Origin: Spizellomyces punctatus DAOM BR117
Taxonomy: Eukaryota
Length of the DNA stretch: 20,000 nucleotides
Assembly (NCBI GenBank): GCA_000182565.2
Contig: KQ257452.1
Reading direction: 5' to 3' (one strand)
Shown piece by piece: positions 8,098-20,000 of the stretch. The position numbers and the translations under genes are program-made. The notes under the pieces are model-generated. The model was not told where the DNA came from. It ran no database searches and saw only the letters and a program-made list of their open reading frames with translations. The stretch's first letter is position 1, and the number at the start of each line of letters is the position of its first letter.

Positions 8098-11000
8098 ATG
8101 GCACGTAATGCAGCCTCGAAATCCTTTTTGCTGGACTCGGATTTGTTTGACCCTGAGGACGGAGGTGGGTGCTCCACAGTAGGTGCGTCATGAACTTGTA
8201 ACTTTTAGTTTGACCTGCTGCATGCAACTAGGTGCAGCCCGATCTACGGTGACCGATGCTTCCAATATGACCTTGGAAGCGGAAGAGCCCACCATTCCTG
8301 CGGTGTTGTCAGATACCCCCACGTCGGATGAGCTCGCAAAAAATTGCGAAACTTCTTCTGTCGGGGACACAGTAGCTGCCATCGCTGTACCGCCAGGGAT
8401 CACCGTGAGTTATTCATCTGTGCTTGCAGGTAAGCAGTGGAGACAGACTGTTACTGACCCCCTCTCAGGTGCCATTATACCCGCTCTTTCAGCGTCCTAT
8501 AAAAAAGAATCTGAAAAAATGCCCTAAGCCCATGCCCAAAGATACTAGTACAACCACAACGCGCCAACCAGCTTCACAGGTCTGAGTTTTCAAAAGGCAA
8601 ATCGCTTTAATGACATACATCTCTGAATGCGGATCATCTGCATTCCGTCGCAGACCAGAACGGACTCTGCTGTCCTTGTCGGAGAAAGTCAGCCACCCCT
8701 CCAAGTGCCTGCTCTCGTCTCATCGACTACCCCTTTGGCTCCTCCTGAAAAATCTATTAACGATATCCTCAAATCGAAGGGTATATCGAATTTCTTCAAT
8801 CCTCGAAGGACCGAAAACGGCAATAATGCACGTCAGGGCTCAAAACAAGCGGTCACAGCATACTTTCCCGACTCATTTTGTTGCCATGTTGGTGCAACGC
8901 ATCACTTGACTGGTCAGACCAGTAATCTGGCACCCGGATTTCATCCCAAATCAGATACCAGCACGGATCTCCAGCCCAGTGGTGATAGTATCGGAGCGAT
9001 GCATGACTTTCTCAGAGGTCGTACTACCCGACGCGTGTGTCAAGAGGAGAAAAAGCTCAGCAGCGGTCAATCTATTCCCAAAGTGAAGGCCAACAGATCT
9101 GCTCTCTCGCGCCTCCTGCGTTGTCTGTACTCGTCCGATGCTCTCTTTACTCCGGCATGCAAAGCTTTGTACGATCAACTAATCAGCCCAAGCACCGGCT
9201 TCGGACCAGACGGCTCGATATTCAGTGACAAGCCGCTGGGACGACAACAGGAGGACGTGTCCTCAGCTCTTGAGCGTTGGCTAGAACACTGGAAATACGC
9301 ATCTTCCCACAAACCTCCGAAGAAGCGCAGAAAGCGGACTAGTGGTACGTGAAATTTGGCAGTGTGGACACACACAACCTGCTGAACTTTGAGGGCAACA
9401 GGTTCGGACTCCGAGTCTCCGCTGAGTGATTGGGAAGATTATTGGGATGTGGAGTGGAACGCAGCCTCTAAGAATATCATGCTGATTGGCGCTCCGGGAT
9501 CTGGAAAGACCAGGTTAATACATTCGGCAGCAAAACGCTGCGGGTATAACGTATTGGAGATCAATGCTAGCTGCAGACGTAGTGCTAAAGACATTTTAAC
9601 GATTCTGACCGAGGCGACGCAGAGTCAGGCTCTTCCACCGAAGGACGGGGTCAAGTATCAAGAATGGGAACTATATGATACAAGGGATGGCCCACCCTTG
9701 CTGGAGCAACGTGAAGAGTCTTTGAACGCAGAGAGCGACGGTTTGGATGCATCCCAGGCAATTGTAGCTGTCCAGCAACTGGAAGGCGTGATACGAACTG
9801 CCAAGAAGACGCGACGGCAAAACCTGATATTTTTCGACGAAGTAGACTTTTTGTCCGAGGATGATAAGGGGTTCTGGAAAAGCGTACTCACGTTGCTCGA
9901 AAATAGCAAATGCCCGGCTGCCTTCGCTTGCAATGGCAAGTCTTCATATGTCATTTGTTTTGTTGGGTACCATGAGTCTAACATTGCTGCAGATAATCCT
10001 CTGACACTGTCAAACCCAAGTATATCTAGCACCACGCTTCCTCTCCTCAAGGATCTAATCACTCCCCTGTACTTTACCCCGCCAAGCGTAGAAGAGCTAA
10101 CTTGCTATAATCATCTGACACTTTTGTCCTTAAACACCTGGATCGAGGATCCCAGTGACCTGGCAAGATGGTCTGAGGCTGCCCGAGGAGACATCCGGAG
10201 ATGCGTCCATCGGCTGCCGTTGGCGCTTGTGCCATCTTGCCGAGAGAGCAACTTGTGTGTTCATTGCGCGGAGGAGGAATTAGAGGTTGAGATGGTAGAT
10301 GTTGAATTGACGGACGCAGAAAAGGAGAACACGTTCTGCCTGATGCAATTACCGCCACAGTGTGGGGTGTCGTTCGAAGGAGCCGAGTCATTGGATTTTC
10401 TGCAGCTCAATAGTCCTATCTCCCATGACCCCCAGACTACGTCACCAGAGAGTACATATGATCCAGAGGATACCAAGCCGCCCACCACCGCCAACGGACT
10501 TTATCCGGACTATGGCAGCTCAATCAACACCGCTGCGACTTGTACTGAAAATTTGTCGTTCATGGATACGGTTCTGCGTTCAACTCATTGGCGAATATCA
10601 CAGGTAACCAGCTTTTCATGAATCTTATCGACAGCGCTCCTGACTTCCGTCTTTTTGGCTGCCAAGATGCAAGAACCAGAGTTAGCATCTACATCCATAG
10701 GCATGAACGCAGATGCATTATATGCATATTGTTCTATTGTTCAACCAGTATCATATCCAGTGGATGCAGCATCTGGTCTATGGGAAGAATTTTGGGAGGT
10801 GGACGTTCATGAAGAGAGGAAAGAGAAAAGGTATCTCGTTACAGTTCCTTTCGACATGTCTATCAATGCAAATTACTCAATGGACGCTACGATCTGCAAT
10901 ACAGACCAGACTACGGAGATCTTGGTGATTTAATCTCATCAGGCACACCTGAACGCACTCTCGCACTCGATATTCTCCCCATGTTGACTCTGATGTTCCG

Positions 11001-11268
11001 ATTGGATCGTGAAGATCCGTCAGCGCCCATCAGCGATTCGACTGAACTCGCGTCTCTCCTGGTAAAACGGCGGTTGCGACGATCTGCTAAACGCTATGTG
11101 AGGTGGTTCGATGGCATGGTGCCTGAAGAAATTGCCAATGCCTACGGACGAATAGCGTATGGCACAGGACCTGAGAATGGACCGTCGTTTGCAGAGGTGC
11201 TGAAGAAGAGGATGCAGGAGGCTCAGGCTCAGTTGGTTTATGAGGTAATGGACGATCAAGAGTGTTAG
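8098..11268 (+). CDS. ELG1: ELG1/ATAD5-like alternative RFC large subunit (PCNA unloader), about 904 aa. Exons 8098-8164, 8232-8404, 8469-8579, 8654-9344, 9402-9935, 9993-10603, 10667-10830, 10905-11268
   Basis: Walker A IMLIGAPGSGKT, then GYNVLEINASCRRSAKDILTILTEATQSQ, Walker B LIFFDEVD and DDKGFWKSVLTLLENSKCPAAFACND. The EATQS and DKGFW blocks point to Elg1/ATAD5 rather than Rfc1/Ctf18. The exon chain is phase-consistent (2715 nt). The 5' exons are less certain. Confidence 0.88.
9936..9992 (+). other. GC-AG spliceosomal intron in ELG1
   Basis: G|GCAAGT donor, CTAAC branch point and TGCAG acceptor. Removal restores the conserved C-N-D after the sensor strand. Confidence 0.8.
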
Positions 11269-11412
11269 ATTAGCTGTTTTGTTTATATAGAGTGCCAGAC
11301 AATAGAGCAATTGTAGATACTATTGTATTTGGTTATCTTGACGGACCGTCATGGGTTGATGAAGGGTGATATATATACAAAATAAAATTAAAAAAAGGGC
11401 ACCTATGCACGT

Positions 11413-17316
<5,904 letters not shown>

Positions 17317-17453
17317 NNNNNNNNNNNNNNNNNNNNNNNNNNNNNNNNNNNNNNNNNNNNNNNNNNNNNNNNNNNNNNNNNNNNNNNNNNNNNNNNNNNN
17401 NNNNNNNNNNNNNNNNNNNNNNNNNNNNNNNNNNNNNNNNNNNNNNNNNNNNN
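17317..17453. other. Assembly gap (137 N)
   Basis: Run of N characters. Confidence 1.
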
Positions 17454-17455
17454 CC

Positions 17456-17590
17456 CACTTCGTAGATCACCTCGAAAACTGTTTGAACGTTTGCTTCAAA
17501 AACAATTACAAGGCCATGGGCCATGACTGTGCCGTGCACAGTGACTATATGCACTTCGTTCGTCGCGCATCAGCAGCAGAGTGTCGTTGA
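17456..17590 (+). CDS. Possible terminal exon of an unidentified gene whose body lies in the gap
   Basis: Open frame from the gap edge: HFVDHLENCLNVCFKNNYKAMGHDCAVHSDYMHFVRRASAAECR*, with coding-like codon usage. No family recognised. Confidence 0.35.
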   Translation, partial: HFVDHLENCLNVCFKNNYKAMGHDCAVHSDYMHFVRRASAAECR

Positions 17591-17807
17591 GCACTTGGTT
17601 GAGGTTCAACATTCTACTTGTCAATCGAGGTGGTTGGAAACATTTACAAACTTGCATATATCCCTGGCCCTTGTTGATTGGTACATTTTATAGAGCTGAA
17701 TGTTGTTTATACTGGTGACTATCAGCTTACCCATTGTGCTATACAACAGATCTACGAAACCCACACGGACAACTATCACCGCAAAACCCCACACCCACCA
17801 AAAACAC

Positions 17808-18916
17808 ATGGGTAACGTTCCTGCATAAAAGTACATTGACAACCACACATTTTTCACAATGGCGAAAAGTAGATCGACCAGACGCATACACGGATTCACA
17901 TCCAACACCCAAAAGACCTAAACCCAAAAAAAAGGAGAAATCCCTCGATGCACGCGAAAAGGATGAGCGAGAGGAAGAAGGTAACGAAATACCGTTTTTG
18001 GGGGGTAAACTCGCAGAAACTTACGGTTCGAGATTAGATTTAGAACACCCCCTAACAAAAAAAGAACGAAAACATAAAGAATACCAAGAACGACTCGAAA
18101 GACTCAACCGAGACTTTTTACACAACAAAGAACGGTACACCCTTTCTCCACTCCCTCCCCCAGCTTTCTTTCCCATTCTTACTTTTCATTAGCATCTTTC
18201 AAGATAAACTCGGAACCTTCAAACAAGACATCCAAACCCTCTCCCAAGGAACCCACCCAGAATTCACAGACATTCTCCGCGTATTCGACCAAGATCGACA
18301 ACAAGCTGTTGATTATGCGGCTTTGTTTAGGGATTACCAGTTGGATTGTGCTAATGTTATTTATCGGCATGAACATGATTCGACTGTGTTGGAGTACAAG
18401 GTATGGAGGAATGTCGGTTTTTGTGAAGATCTTTTGTTTATTTAGGGTATTTGGTATTGTAGAAGGAGAAAGAATCATTGCGTGAGAAACTATTGAGTAA
18501 CCTTGAAGAAAAGAAACGGAAACTAAAAGAAGATCGTGAGAATTTTGATATGCATACTGGTACGTTATATACTTACTCTATCGTTGTAACACTTTTAACA
18601 ATTTTGGATAGTTGTGGTAGACACCATTGAAGATCAACGCCTTGGAACCCGAAAAGCCACCCGCTCACACGCAGCTAAAACAGATGATAAAAAAGAAAAA
18701 CGACGAAAAACGCAGGCGTTACCGGGGTTGGTCGTTTTGGCTTCGGATGATGTTGCGTTACAAGATTTGAGTATCATTCGACGGGTGCGTTTTTTATTTT
18801 CTTTGCAAAACGGACGTGTGTGTGTGTATTGATTTGTTGTTTATTATTTTTGTTTGGGGTAGGCGGGGTACGCAGCAGCCAAAAAAAGCCTAGTCCCCAA
18901 ACCAGTACGAAAATAA
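17808..18916 (+). CDS. SDS3: Sds3/BRMS1-family Sin3-HDAC complex subunit, about 241 aa. Exons 17808-17811, 17873-17980, 18044-18134, 18193-18400, 18463-18559, 18621-18784, 18863-18916
   Basis: Spliced product includes RLERLNRDFLHNKERIFQDKLGTFKQDIQTLSQGTHPEF, ALFRDYQLDC, EYKKEKESLREKLLSNLEEKKRKLKEDRENFDM and LASDDVALQDLSIIR, matching the Sds3-like coiled coil and C-terminal motif. All phases are consistent (726 nt). Confidence 0.85.
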
Positions 18917-18963
18917 AATTTACACAAAAACAAAAATATACAGTTTTCGATTCTAAAATGCTT

Positions 18964-20000
18964 TTATGCACCTTTTTCGGCACTAAACACCGATACACCC
19001 ACACCGCCCACACAAGCACCCACCACCACCCTCCTTGGATGAAAGGCCAAAGCCGTGACACCCCCCCACGCCCGTCCAGACGATAAGAACCCATCATGAT
19101 GCCTCGTCATGGCGATGGAGCGGCCAGTAGCTGCCTCCCGTATATCGAGTTTGGTTTTTGTACCCCTGTAAAATACTTTAGTCACACCCCCTAAAATGTT
19201 TTCTTGAGCTTTCAAACTTACCATCCAACAAGTCCAACCACTCCATGTATATCCACCACACCCGTATCGTGTTCACCCTCCACAACTCTGTTCGTCCCAT
19301 GTCGGATATCCCAGAGTCGGATTTGGCCGGTACTGACTGAACAGAATTCAGTTGATTGGTACCCCGTCTTGAGAATCGCGGTAGGGTGGTCCGTGTATGT
19401 TTTGACGAGACTATAAAGTGTGAGTGACAAGGATCAAATCAAAATATTGTGCTTTTCTTCGTTTTACCTATCCCGAGAAGGCATCCGCATATCATGCACA
19501 CCCAAATTTCCATTGTCGTATCCAGCTACAAGGAGGTGACCCCCTTTTTCCAGCGTAAGCGACGTAACCATCGCCTGACTCTTTGTATAAATACTCTATA
19601 CACAAAATCAGCACACATCCACTTCAAAGTTGTTCTTTTTAGAGACCCACCTGGACACATGACTCTTTTCCGGCATCCCAAACCCGAATAGTCTCCTTCT
19701 CACCTCCACACACCAACACTCCAGAACTCTGCTCCCAATCACTCACAAGCGCCGAAAAGGGTGACACGGCCCGAAACGATGAGACCAGCGTCGGAGTCGG
19801 TGTATCGTATCCAGAATACAATCGAATCGTCCCTTCATCTACCAGAAAAAAAAAACCATTAAAACTATTTCCAATTTTTAATATAATAAATTAAACACGT
19901 ACCAGATCCAACCATCAAAATAGAATACTCTTCCTCATTAATAAACCTCAAAGTAGATACACCCGTTCGAGCCGGATGATGATTAAAAAACGTCGAGAAC
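18964..20000 (-). CDS. KOG1: Raptor/Kog1/Mip1 (TORC1 scaffold), C-terminal WD40 region. 5' part outside window
   Basis: VSTLRFINEEESILFLMVGSDEGTIRLYSGY, LVSSFRA, LVSDWEQSSGVLVCGGEKETIRVWDA, LLVAGYDNGNLGVHDMRMP, GQIRLWDIR and HHDGFL...VTALAFHPRR follow the order of Raptor WD40 motifs. Confidence 0.88.

Noticed and set aside
7949-8227. Minus-strand ORF as an extended CDC15 first exon (possible donor near 8015, acceptor 7934)
   Set aside because: The splice is phase-compatible, but its ATGs lie inside the ELG1 gene and it would cover the promoter motifs. ATG 7952 gives a short N-terminus like S. pombe Cdc7. It is not fully excluded without cDNA.
18815-18828. Short (GT)n run and several poly-A/T tracts
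   Set aside because: They are too short, intronic, and explained by local composition.

Overview
Compact, intron-rich eukaryotic DNA with short spliceosomal introns (mostly 55-95 nt, CTAAC/CTGAC-type branch points). An early-diverging fungus, possibly a chytrid, is inferred from intron style and gene content. Eight genes can be spliced by hand: the 3' end of transaldolase (+), an Integrator subunit 2 (INTS2) homolog (-), tubulin cofactor A (+), a Cdc15/Cdc7/SepH kinase (-), an ELG1/ATAD5 RFC-like AAA+ subunit (+), RNA polymerase III largest subunit (-, 5' end lost in a 137-N gap), an Sds3-family protein (+) and the 3' WD40 end of Raptor/Kog1 (-). The most unusual observation is that the INTS2 gene is an intact 12-exon, 587-aa ORF matching only the C-terminal half of animal INTS2, with no room upstream for the rest, which suggests a split or reduced Integrator. 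Other points of note are two very short bidirectional promoters with MCB/E-box-like motifs, a GC-AG intron, a probable hidden gene at the gap and a C-to-G skew flip within SDS3. Homology calls come from recalled family motifs, not from database searches.
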